Below are positions 27,620 through 38,981 of a stretch of 64,000 bases of DNA, piece after piece; the first letter of the stretch is position 1, and every line of letters begins with the position of its first letter. The stretch spans positions 124,001 to 188,000 of the forward strand of contig BCIN01000010.1 in the NCBI GenBank assembly GCA_039545335.1, in the 5' to 3' direction. The notes under the pieces were generated by a model that did no database searches, was not told the DNA's origin, and saw only the letters and a program-made list of their open reading frames with translations. Position numbers and translations under genes: made by a program. This stretch comes from Kondoa subrosea. Taxonomy: Eukaryota.

Positions 27620-29228
27620 CTATTGCAGAAACTCTTCTAGTTTGACCAAGAAAGGCTGAACACCATCTAGCATAGGTAAATGACCAGCTCCAGGTACGGC
27701 AAAGAAACTGCTCTCTACACCTTCCGTCTTGTTGACTTCTTCACTCAATGCCTGCAATCCTTCAGGCAGCTTTCCATCCATCTGTCCAGCTAAAAAGAGT
27801 GCTTTCTTTCCTTTCAACGCTTGAGCCAAAGACCCCGAGTAATCATAACCTTGCAAAGCTCTCGCCCCGGCAACAAATCCCTCCACTTGTGTATTCTCAA
27901 TCATGGTTCGAACTAAATGATCTTTGTTTCCTTCAACGAATGGAGATCCAGCAGGGAACCATCTTGGTACAGTAGCTTCGGATAAAGGTCTCATGCTTCC
28001 TTTTCTAGCTAATGCAATCCTTTCGTCCCACGCTGCGATATTGGCTTGAGGGGTTTTGATTTGCGTGTCGCATGCTACAATCCTGTTCACTAGTTCTGGA
28101 TGACGAACAGCGAAAGCCAGAGTTGTTGCACCGCCTTGTGAAACGCCGATAACTGCATGAATTGGAGTAGGGATTGAAAGTTTTTTGAGAATAGCAGCAA
28201 TGTCGTCTGCTAATTGATCCATATTACATGCTTCAGATGGCACAGAGGACTATTTCTATGCTTAGTACGCGTATAGGAAGTAATGAAAACCCTTTACCTT
28301 GCCATGCCCGCGTTGATCGTAAGTGATGATATTGTATTTTGGCGACAGTCTTGCAACAGTATCGTCCCACAAAGAAAGATTGGTCATAAGAGAGTTGACG
28401 AAGACTAAATATGGAGCTGAATCTGAGTTCTTATGCAGACGAACATGCAAATCGCAATTTGGTACTGAGACTTTGTGTTCTGTTGTTTTGGAAGAAGGAA
28501 AAGGTAGTTCAAGTGTGAGTGTTTCGCCAACATCGCCAGCAACCAGAAACCGGGAAACCACTGTAGAGCGATCAGCAATACTTTCTTAATCGGACGCATC
28601 GACTGACTGTTATATGCGCCCACAGTCAAGCTAGCTTCCGCTATCTGTTGCTCTGGAGAAGATCCTTCTGTTTTCGTAGCAGAAAACTGCTCTTTCAGGG
28701 CGTCAAAGACAGATTGCGGCACATAGACATTGCGAGTCATGGCATCCACATAAGCCAAAGCAGCAGCTTGAAGAGCAGTGAGAGGAGCAGCTTTAGAAGG
28801 AGGTGGAATCGGTCTGTTCAGATCCCGAATAACAGAGAGTTGTTCAGTCGTAAGACCTGCATCTCGTCCGACATGCTCGTGGTGGATCCACTCGTAGGCA
28901 GCCGCGTTTCGGGCAGCGACTCGAAGAATCTGCGGAACGAATAAGTTACCGCAGGACGAGTATGAGATAGGATTCACAAGAAGTTCACGAATGTCTCCAG
29001 GCAAGGAGTTCTTTGTTCGAACAGCTCCCAATAAAGTATTCCATCCAGCCTAGCCTAAGCATGAGAAAGAATCAAATGAACAATTCCCGAAGAGCTCACA
29101 GCTATCTCGGGTGCATTCAGCAGAGCTCCATCCAAAGGTGTCAAACCTCGAGCGCCTCTTCTCGCTCGAATAGCGTCGCCAATAGCAGATTCGCCGGCAT
29201 TTGGGTACTTTCCTGGAAAGCGAGGCAT
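27620..29228 (-). CDS. Fusion protein: N-terminal AhpD/carboxymuconolactone-decarboxylase-like domain + C-terminal 3-oxoadipate enol-lactonase (PcaD/CatD-like alpha/beta hydrolase)
   Basis: IRARRG..LTPLDGALLNAP, ILRVAARNAAAYEWIHH, spliced GAYN-M-VSRFLVA reads on without a stop into VFVNSLMTNLSLWD, YDQRGHG, GVSQGG, WDERIALAR, GAGHLP. Confidence 0.85.
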
Positions 29229-29437
29229 TCTTGGACTGTTTTGTGCAGACCTGTGCTGTCTATCACTGCCCTCTCTTAGGGAAAGGCAAAACATTCTGCC
29301 AACGATGTTTCTTTGAATCTTGAGCAAAGGCAGCCATATGCTCAAGGACACCTGTGTAAGCTCCAGCAATACAGCTTAGTAGCTCTAGCTGAAGTATCGC
29401 AGGATAGCAACAAACGCTCGCCAGCTCTTCGCAATGG

Positions 29438-30790
29438 ATGCACTATATTCTCTCGGGCAGCTTCAAATCTACAGCTTTGTACCTGTTGGCCTTTGATCCT
29501 GTAGCAAGAAAGTTATCTTTCCAGCAATCCATCGATGCTTTGGGACCACATCAATATTTGGCTTGCAATGTAGCGAGAGATCGAGTTTACGCGACGTGTA
29601 TGTTCATCTCACTCTGAAGCTCTGTAGTAGGCTTGAAAAATTCTCTAGCATGGGCGCAACCTCCTGCTCTATCTTCCTGGACGGTAGACTACGCTTCGGC
29701 GGACGCAATACCTCAGATTCAGCTATTGAACACTGTACCCATAACAGCTACTTCTTCCTACATCACCGTCATAGACAATCTGATATCTTCAGCTGGTGGT
29801 CCTACCAGTGAAATACATGCTGTGAATGACAAAGGTGGCTTTGGGCAAAAGTTACAGCAACAGCTTTATGTCAAGGAAGAAGACCTTGAAGCGGAAGACA
29901 AGACGAATGTTGCTCTTCGCTATGGCTCACATGCAATAGAATACAATCATGATGGAAAAGCTTTCGTACCTCATTTGTAAGTCATCCTTTCGCATCACAA
30001 GCGTTGTACTGAACGTCGCGACCGATTGATAGAGGACGGAACTCGATATTCATGTACCAAAGAACAGAATCTGGTACTCTGGACTTACTTGATGAGGTCA
30101 TATCACCGAGAGACAAGGATGGACCTAGACATGTTGTGCTTTCCAAGGACGGTAATTTCTTGTACTCGGTCAGTGAACTTTGTGTGGTCGCCTCATCTCT
30201 TCTGACTTCATTCTTAGGTGACTGAACATAGTGAGCTGCTATCACGTCTTCCAAAGGCTACGGCTGACTCTCTGATAGCTCAATTTATCGATGTCTACCG
30301 CGTCGAAGCCAAAACTTTGACTTATCTCTCTTCTTCCTCCTTACTCAAACCAGGTATGACTCCAAATATCGTGCCTTTGAATGCTAAGACTAATACTTTT
30401 ACAGGGGCGGATCCTCATTTATATCGAGGTGATACGCTCCGAATTTCTTTTAATGGTCGCTATCTCTTTGCAACCACTCGAGGAGCCAAAGCGCACACCA
30501 AAGGTATCTTGGCAGTCTATGATATCTGTTCTTCACCATTAAGCGAAGCGATTCATATTTGGGAAACACCAACTTCAGGTGGGAAAGCCAATGCGATTGA
30601 AGTTGCTCCTTTTCGCGGGAAAGGAGATGGAACCATTGATCAAGGTGAAGAGGAATGGATCGTCCTAACAGACGATGAAGCTGGATGGGTGTTTATGCTT
30701 GAATGGAATGAGCAGAAGAAGGAGATTAGTGAAGTGGATAGAGAGATGATGCCTGGTAATAGCGCGAGTCACGCTATTTGGTTACAATGA
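29438..30790 (+). CDS. Fungal muconate cycloisomerase / carboxymuconate cyclase (beta-propeller lactonase family)
   Basis: MHYILSGSF, GPHQYL, ALRYGSHAIE, GPRHVV, YRGDTLR, TPTSGGKANAIE, ASHAIWL. Confidence 0.82.
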
Positions 30791-30955
30791 TCATGTCTAC
30801 CCCTCAATCCTGCAACTGATCGATATCGGTCGAATCTCAATACCAAAGACAACTTTATGTTCATTTGAATGGAGGCACTACTAGTATAGATCCGCCTTAC
30901 TCGCAATGCAAGGTTCGAGACATGCACTACTTCAACGCGTCCTTTCCCCTCGAAT

Positions 30956-32024
30956 CTACTGGGTCTTCTTGTTTGCCTTCAAAACGCCTTTCTGAATTGC
31001 TGGACCCTTTCGTTGCGCCTTGACCATGAGTGAAGCTCGAATAAAGTACATAATAGTCAAGAAGACGGTGAAGATGGTTCTTGCTCCTAATGGGGTAGTG
31101 TGAGGTTTCCCGTTAAGACCAACAGCGAGACTGAGAGGAGCGTAAGAAGAGTGAGACATAGTGAGAGTACCAAAGATTGCTGCTGCGATTGCACCAGTCC
31201 AAACATCCATAGAAGGAATTAATCCAGTACCAGGTTTCAAGACTGGCGGTGTGTTGAGAGACCAATTCGGGTTCCATACTCCCAGAGTAGAAGCTACTAA
31301 TCCACCACCACTTGCTGAAATGGCACCAATCAGAACTTGAGCAAAGAGGGAGTTTGAAACTGCTGGGTTTGGATGTGATTTGACCATCATTACACCTCCC
31401 GCTATTGCGCCTGATCGAGTTGCTGCATCCATGAGAGGCCAGAAGCCAAGTTCGGTAAGTTGAGTGGACACAGGTATGCTAGGGAAGAGATAAAAGAAGG
31501 TAGAGATGAGGATGTGAATTGAGCCATAAGCCATCCATGGTGTTGGCGAGAAGACTTGAGGAGGTGTTTGATTCAGCAAGATATGGCTACTGAGTGCTCC
31601 ACCCCAAGCCTAAGACAGATTATATTAGGCTTGTCTCGCCTGCTGATGACTAATACACATACGAAGAGATAGAAACCTGCTAAATCAGCTGGCCACGCCA
31701 ACTGCCCGCCTGCACCATTGGTTCGGACTCTTGCACGAAAGACAAGCGAGATACGAGCTGCATGGCTAGATTCACGCATGAGCTCCAACTACCTCATCTG
31801 CGGGCCAGCTCACAATGCCATAAAGATAGGAAAGGGATAGAACCATCTAAGAGGTTACTGTCAGCCCATCATACAAGCATTGCAGCACTTTACCTACGGT
31901 CCGGGTTGATTGAGAAACTCGATCAATTGCGAGCTGAACAATGCAATTGGACACAGGAGAGTTTAGAAAGGTCAGGAAACGAGAGAATCCAATCTCACAG
32001 AGGCTGTAGTATTGTTGCTGCCAT
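30956..32024 (-). CDS. Multi-pass membrane protein, TRIC/TMEM38-like
   Basis: Spliced AWGGALSSHILLNQTPP and IGAISASGGGLVASTLG (paired GGG-kinked helices); basic C-terminus. Confidence 0.5.
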
Positions 32025-32445
32025 CTCGCGAATGCTGCTGTACCGCTAAACTTGCTAAACCTCGAGCTGTTGTCCGACTCCGCGACAATAATTTGCCAGC
32101 GATATTCTTGTTGGCTCAAACACGACCTGGGATGCAATGTTATTTAGTGGTCGTACTTATCCCTGGTGATGGCCTGTCGTGAAACTCACCACTATATGGT
32201 CTTTCACCAATGGATTCGAGGAAGGATGTCAATCGCTTCTACGCTTGTCCCCCAGCCGTCTTTCGCGTGCGTTGTCTGAACGCAGTTGGAAGTGTAGATG
32301 GAGCCAGAAAGGAATGATTTCGCTTCAGGCCATCAATCTTCCCGGATTTTATGCAAGACCCCTATTGCCCTTTTCTGTCTTTCTGGAGCTAGCCTTTCCT
32401 GTCTATCATCACTTGGCTTCCAGTTGAATATTGCATCCTCAGCTC

Positions 32446-34299
32446 ATGTCAGAACTTACGTCTCATAAAATGGCCTGGATTGATCGCGTCAATCCGCTCC
32501 CTTACGATAGACTGCAGCGTTTGCAAAACGTGGCTCAGCGTCTCTATCAGACTGACATAGATCAGCGCGGATATGGTCCTAAGCACGAATTCTGGTTACC
32601 TTGCGAAACACACAGACTGCAAGATGAAGATTCGATTGCCACCATGTTGAAAGAACGACCTCAAATCTTACCTGTTCTCATCTCTGATTGGGCAAACGGC
32701 AATCTTACACCGCTCCAGATCGATATTGTCAAACGCGTCGTTCCGATGCTCGCTCATCTACTTCAATATACAGAACGCTCAACTATTCCATCGATCAAAT
32801 GGCATGTGCAACCTCCTAGAGCTCCGCTCAAGATGAGAGCTATTGACGAGCTTTCCATGCAAAGGGCTGTTGCTGAGGCTCCGGCTTTGAGAGCTATCGA
32901 AACAAACAGACCTAGAAGATGGGAAGGTCTTCCGAAAACGTACGACCAAATTGAAAGTGAGTATACGCGTTTTGCGTCTGTAAATGGGGTTGAAATAAGT
33001 ACGAAAACAGTACACAGAGGTCAAGATGCTACACAACTGGCAAAACGCAACAGAGTTGGTCGCAAGCGAGGTGAAGATACAATTTGCCTTCCAGAACACT
33101 TCTTGCATCAGAATTTCAGACTAGCCAACTCTTTGAAATCGGTCAATGAAAGGCGCAAACAACTCAAAAGCATCTTGCAAGGGGGTTTGCTTAGCAGCGA
33201 AAGGAACATTGCTTTGGCGCAAAAACAACTGGATGAAGCTAATTGTGAAGCTGAAGAAGTTCAAGCTCGTTTACTGGACTTTATCGGTATGTTGGTTAAT
33301 GGAGAAAAGAAAGAGGACGAGAGGCGAGCTTCAATTCGAGAGCTTACAGACGAGGAAGAATTTGTGCTCAATGCAAATAAGACTGAATCAGTCTGTTCAC
33401 AAGCCGTGGCGCCTCAGTCCATCCAGTCTACTGACACCAAATTATTGTCCGACCTTTTCCCAAGTATCGAAGTTCCAGATCCGGTAGAAGCTCCATTTAC
33501 GGTCACTTCAGCGCCTCTCGAAGACCCCTTCAATATCAATCCGCCTGGTTCAGCTTTCTCAACTCTAAAGCGCAAGCGAGACTGTCCTGAGGTGGATACA
33601 GACTTACCACCTTCTCGCCGTCATCGCACAACTACGCCTGAACAAGATGAAATTGAACAACTTGATACAATCACGGAGGTCTCCGTCCAGCCAAAGTCCA
33701 ATGTACTCAAGCGCAAAAGAAGAGACGATGATGTCGGACTAGAAGGAGAAGAGATCTTACCTCTTACTCGTCGTCACAGAGGCAGCAGCCCCGAAGCAGA
33801 AGAGGGTGAAGTCACTGCGAAGGAAGAAGACCACCGCTATCATTCAGTCCCTTCACTCCGCCCATTGGGCAGACTCAACTTCTCCCCGCAACGTCGTGTT
33901 CGCTTCTCGACGAATGCGACAGCAGCTGCTGCCCAAATTAAAAAATCTTCTCCTGCAAACTCAAAGAAGGGCAAAGAAGTCGCTCGCGAGAAATCAGTCA
34001 AGTCTAGCAAATCAGCTGAGTCGACGAATAGTACAATTCCAGCTGGTCTCGAAGAGGGAGAAATCTTTGACAATGAGGGAGTAGGCTACTGTGACGTCAA
34101 AGAAGTAGTCAAACGCCCGGCAGGGCATTCAACTGAAGTCGAATCTACTTACTATCGATCCGTTTCCCATGTTCCTCCTATCGGTCGATGTCCTGTTGGG
34201 TTGTATTACAAGAGCTTAGCAACTTCCCTTGTCGAAGTTTATGGTCCAAGTCAACGGTCGGATGGAAGCTGCTCGAGTGGAACAAGAAATCGTGCGTGA
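32446..34299 (+). CDS. Intronless hypothetical protein with coiled coil and repeated NLS-like motifs
   Basis: Uninterrupted ~618-codon ORF; LKRKR twice; no family recognised. Confidence 0.7.
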   Translation: MSELTSHKMAWIDRVNPLPYDRLQRLQNVAQRLYQTDIDQRGYGPKHEFWLPCETHRLQDEDSIATMLKERPQILPVLISDWANGNLTPLQIDIVKRVVPMLAHLLQYTERSTIPSIKWHVQPPRAPLKMRAIDELSMQRAVAEAPALRAIETNRPRRWEGLPKTYDQIESEYTRFASVNGVEISTKTVHRGQDATQLAKRNRVGRKRGEDTICLPEHFLHQNFRLANSLKSVNERRKQLKSILQGGLLSSERNIALAQKQLDEANCEAEEVQARLLDFIGMLVNGEKKEDERRASIRELTDEEEFVLNANKTESVCSQAVAPQSIQSTDTKLLSDLFPSIEVPDPVEAPFTVTSAPLEDPFNINPPGSAFSTLKRKRDCPEVDTDLPPSRRHRTTTPEQDEIEQLDTITEVSVQPKSNVLKRKRRDDDVGLEGEEILPLTRRHRGSSPEAEEGEVTAKEEDHRYHSVPSLRPLGRLNFSPQRRVRFSTNATAAAAQIKKSSPANSKKGKEVAREKSVKSSKSAESTNSTIPAGLEEGEIFDNEGVGYCDVKEVVKRPAGHSTEVESTYYRSVSHVPPIGRCPVGLYYKSLATSLVEVYGPSQRSDGSCSSGTRNRA

Positions 34300-34535
34300 T
34301 GAGGCAACAAGCAGCCAGAGATGCTGATTTTCAAATGTATTAGATCAGGAGGAGCCTAGATCAGGCAGAAGCTTAGGCAGATTCGAGTGTGAAACGAAGG
34401 GATAGTAGAAGTGGGAAATGGGAGTCAAGCGAATCAACTTTGGATTACATGCACTGGGTTCATACATTTTTATTACATTGTCATTGTTCATCGCGCTTCG
34501 TATTAGCATTGCAGTTTCATTCTCACAGCTCAATT

Positions 34536-36083
34536 TTACATCAGCATCCTTTCTAGAAAGCTGCTCACTTTCTGCTCGTAACGTGGGTCCAACTTGATTC
34601 CTCTGCCTTCACATACTTGTGCCAGCACCTGTGAGCCTTCTTTTGCTAGGACCAAACCTCTACATGTGTTGTCCAACATGATCCCTGTCATTGCATCGCC
34701 ATAGCGAGCAGCTGTTCCGTAGGCAGTAATGAGGCGCTCCATATCCTCCAAATAAGGGATGAACGTCAGCCGCTTCAAATGCTTCAAGTTGGAGGTATCT
34801 CGCAAATAATTAGCCATACTATCCAGAGACATGTGATTTTTGCAGTGCATAAAGACGTTACGAAGAGTAAGATCAGTGAGTTGAGGCGGCGAGTGTTCAA
34901 GAATGGAAAGATGTGTGCAAAAGCCGTTCAGCGTCAGATCGGTCAAATGAGGCAGATCCTCCAATATAGTCTCCAATGCCAAGCAACAGGTCGATGGAGG
35001 GCGGACACCAGTTAACCTTGCGTCTACACCGGCATCTAATTAGCAATTTCGAGAACACAGTAGTTTGTCACTCACTACATGCCGCGAGAGTGAATTTCCG
35101 CAACTGATTGAAGCCTTTTAACCTCTTAGTAATCATTCCAGTCATCCATTTCTCATCGTAGGTGCTTCCCATTGTAATACTGAGAGAATTCAGATTGGCA
35201 GGGAGATAAGCAAAATCATTGCTCATGATCTTAGCTGTCCATGTTGCATGACAAAGATGAACCTCTTCCAGTCTTGTATTGGTCCCCAGATTCATTGCTG
35301 CCAATGCCAGCTCGAGACGATCGCTTGCGCCAGTTATTCCTCCTTCATCTCTTATTTCTAGTCTTTTCAAAGCAGGCAAGTTGGCAGCCAGCTCCACCGC
35401 TTTCTGATGAGCCAAATTCCTGTCGCCTACTACTGACAGGATTGCGAGAGAATTTGCGAAAGGTAAAGAAGACAAAGCTGGGAATATGGTTTTTGGAGAA
35501 ATACCTGCTATGTTGAGGCGACGGAGACTAGGTAGAGCTTTGAGAAGAGGAAGAAGAAGTGCTGTTGAATCTGTATAATCGTCATCTAGCTGAAGAGTCT
35601 TCTCTCCAATAACCGATAAACGATCCAAAGCTCCATTATAGTAATAAGTTTGTTCAAGCAGAGAAGCTTGGGAATTGGCTGTCAGACCACCTAACGCCGT
35701 AATCTCGGGATCGTTAACTTCGTATCGAGGAGGATAGAAGAAGAGCCCTTGAACCTTCTCCGCCAGGTCATGCCGGTCGACAAAGAGTGCAGTGGCTTTC
35801 TTAATTGCAGAGGCATCGTCGAGATGGATGCAGTCGTATAGGACATCAGTTCTGTCATACGTGATAAGCTTGGAAAGCGGATGGGAGATACACGAACCTA
35901 CGCTACTGGAGACAATTCCACGCAAAGTAAAGCCAGAGAAGCTATATATTGCTGGCGCGATGGAAAAGTAGTGCCGAGGCCAGTGTAAACGTCCAGAGAT
36001 CTGGTCCAGGGCAGGGTCTCCGCAGCATAGGTGAATACAGTTCTCCACAGTTCATAGGGTAATGCGGGCAGCCCAGCAGGCAT
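34536..36083 (-). CDS. F-box/LRR-like protein
   Basis: N-terminal LPALPYELWRTVF; LRR-like LPSLRRLNI, LPALKRLEI, LPHLTDLTL, LKHLKRLTF. Confidence 0.7.
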
Positions 36084-36153
36084 GATAGACCAGTTTAGGT
36101 GTACAAGGAGCAGCTGTTGATCTCACAGCCCTCGATGCACATCATCGGCGCGA

Positions 36154-36167
36154 GATAAGAGCTTATC
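36154..36167. promoter_or_regulatory. Inverted pair of GATAAG sites (candidate nitrogen GATA-factor element)
   Basis: GATAAG-AG-CTTATC 25 bp upstream of the allantoinase ATG; allantoin catabolism genes are classic GATA/NCR targets. Confidence 0.55.
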
Positions 36168-36192
36168 AATCTTGCTTTTGACGGCCACAAGG

Positions 36193-37823
36193 ATGGCACA
36201 CAAATTGGTCGTGACGAGCAAGAATGCTGTGTTACCTGGGTCTACCGAAGTTGGACCTGCTACTCTGGAAATCTCGCTCGAGACGGAACTGATAGAAGCT
36301 GTTCATCCATTCCATGCCATACGTTCTGAGCATCCTGAATACGATTCTCTACCTTCTGATCGTTTCATTGATCTCGGAGACAAGTTCTTGCTCCCTGGAC
36401 TTGTCGACAGTCATGTGCACTTGAATGAGCCAGGTTGGCTAAACCTTGTTTCCTTGCTATTCTGTGTCTGATAAGCTGTAAGGACGTACTGAGTGGGAAG
36501 GCTTTGCTACTGGAACCAACGCTGCTGCTGCTGGAGGAGTCACGACTGTTTGCGATATGCCTTTGAATGCAATACCGCCAACGACTACAGTGGAGAACTT
36601 CAAGCTTAAACAAAAAGCTGCTCGCGGTCAATGTAGAGTAGATGTAGCTTTCTGGGGCGGTCTCTTACCTTCTAATTCCGTAAGCTCCAATTTTCGCGAG
36701 TCTGTGCAAGTCTTATACGTTCGCAGCAAGACCTCGTGCCTCTCGTAGACAAGGGAGTGAAAGGATTCAAGTGCTTCATGATCGAGAGTGGAGTAGATGA
36801 GTTTCCCTGCGTAGATGAAGCAGACATTGTCAAAGGTTTAGAACAGCTGAAGGTTAGCTTTCATACAGTTACCCCAACGTTTCTCTCAGTCTTTGTAGAC
36901 CACTCAATCGCAACTTCTCTACCACGCAGAGCTAGAGACTGAACCTGCTGCTGCCGATAACAGCGGTCCACCCCGAATGTATAAGACTTTCCTCGATTCG
37001 AGACCAGAAGCACTCGAAGTCTCAGCCATCACATTGATCGCAAAACTGCAGAATCAATATCCTACTGTACCTATGCATATTGTCCATCTCTCAGCAGCTT
37101 CTGCATTACCCGTCATCCGTGAAGTACGATCGAAAGGGCTACCTCTGACTGTTGAGACTACCTTTCATTATCTTTGCTTGGCTGCTGAAGATATTCTTGA
37201 GGGACGAACTGATTACAAGGTGTGTTGCTGTCTTTGTACTTTGAAACATCAGGGCTTATCATACTAAAACAGTGTTGTCCACCTATTCGGAATAAAGCGA
37301 ATCGAGACGCTTTATGGCAAGCACTGATCGATGGTGATATCGATATGGCTATTTCTGATCATTCACCTTGTACATCAGAACTCAAGAGATTGGATTCTGG
37401 TGATCTGATGAAGGCTTGGGGAGGTGTCAGTTCGCTCGGTTTGGGTCTTTCTTTGATGCATACGGAAGGGAAGAAGAGAGATGTGGATATCTGTCAATTG
37501 GTTAGATGGATGGCGGAAAAGCCAGCAAAGCAATTAGGCTTGGAAAGGAGGAAAGGTGCTTTGCGGGTTGGAGCTGATGCGGACTTTGTCGTTTTCGATC
37601 CAGAGAAGGAGTTCAAGGTCAACCAGTATCCGTCCTTTACAAGGTCTCGAAGCTGATTTGCGTAATACAGGTTGCAAAAGAACATCTTGCGTTCAAGAAC
37701 AAGCTTACGCCATACGAAGGCCTGACATTACAGGGACAAGTAGAGCAGACTTACCTCAGGGGCAAGCTGATCTATAAGAATGGCCAACATGAAGGGGAAA
37801 TAATGGGAAAGCTGCTTTTGTGA
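36193..37823 (+). CDS. DAL1: Allantoinase
   Basis: [80 protein letters not shown]. Confidence 0.95.
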
Positions 37824-37963
37824 TAAGGATGCGTGGCATTAAGGTCGATTGTGATTTGAGTACGCAACGCTGTGCATCTGAGTATACCGGCTTCATGTGC
37901 CTGCAGCGGAGCGCGTCCAATCGTTATTCTTTGTTGTAAACCATTCAAAGCTATCGTACCACC

Positions 37964-38718
37964 ATGGACCACAGCAAGATGCACCACGGAATGCCTGAGA
38001 TGGACATGCAAGAGTGCTCGATGAACATGCTCTGGAATAGCGACGTGAAAAATGTCTGTATTGTGTTTCGAAGCTTTCGCGTTACTGGGCTGGCCTCTAT
38101 GATCTTTGCTATGCTTTCTCTCTTTCTTCTTTCCATCGCATACGAGCGTCTGCGACAGGTGAGATTCTCTCTTCCGCAGGCGCGTCTTCAAACAAAAGAT
38201 TTCGATAGATCATCGCACAACGAGAGGCGCAATTGAGACTCAAGCATTTGACGGACGTGGACCCGCGGACAGGCAAGAGGAGAGCCTCAAATAGCCCGAC
38301 ACCTAATTGCAAGTGCAGTTCTGGAGGAGAGGAGCGAGCTCTACTGAATTGTCGATGCGGACCTACTTCAGCTACCATCTCGTTGAATTCTGATGGATGT
38401 ACTGTTCAAATACCTCTGTCGGAACAATTGGAACGATCTGCGAGCTATACGCTAGGTGTAGCAGTTTCTTTCTTTATCATGCTGGTCATCAGTAAGTCTG
38501 TTGAAACTTTCTTTTCCCTTACTGACTTGCGCTTCTAGTGACATACAACACTTGGCTGATCGGATCAGTTCTGGCGTTGGTTTCAAGCTATGCTATTCTG
38601 AATATGACTAATGCTGTACTTCAGAGGCGCCTTCGCCGGTCATCTTCTCTATCAAAGAGACTTGCATCTTACAGTAGATACCCGACAAGAAGAGAGTAGA
38701 GGGATGGCATGTCATTGA
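37964..38718 (+). CDS. Ctr-family copper transporter (Ctr2-like)
   Basis: Met/His-rich N-terminus, CSMNMLWN, FFIMLVIMTYN (MxxxM), C-terminal GMACH*. Confidence 0.9.
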
Positions 38719-38981
38719 GCGATTAGAAATGGATAAGATAACTTGTTACATTTACATGATGATTTGTACATTTGGGGTTTCGAAAACCAAGACAAAGAAC
38801 TCCTTCCCTTCCGCTATTTAACACATGCAACAATTCCAATGCTTACATTATGCAACAGACCACCTTTCCCCGAGAGCGATGACAAACAGCAAAGACCGAC
38901 ACAACCAACCACTTGACCAACCAAGCCATAAACCCCTTACAACCTCTTGTCACTTTACATTTCAGCATTTCACAAATTGAT

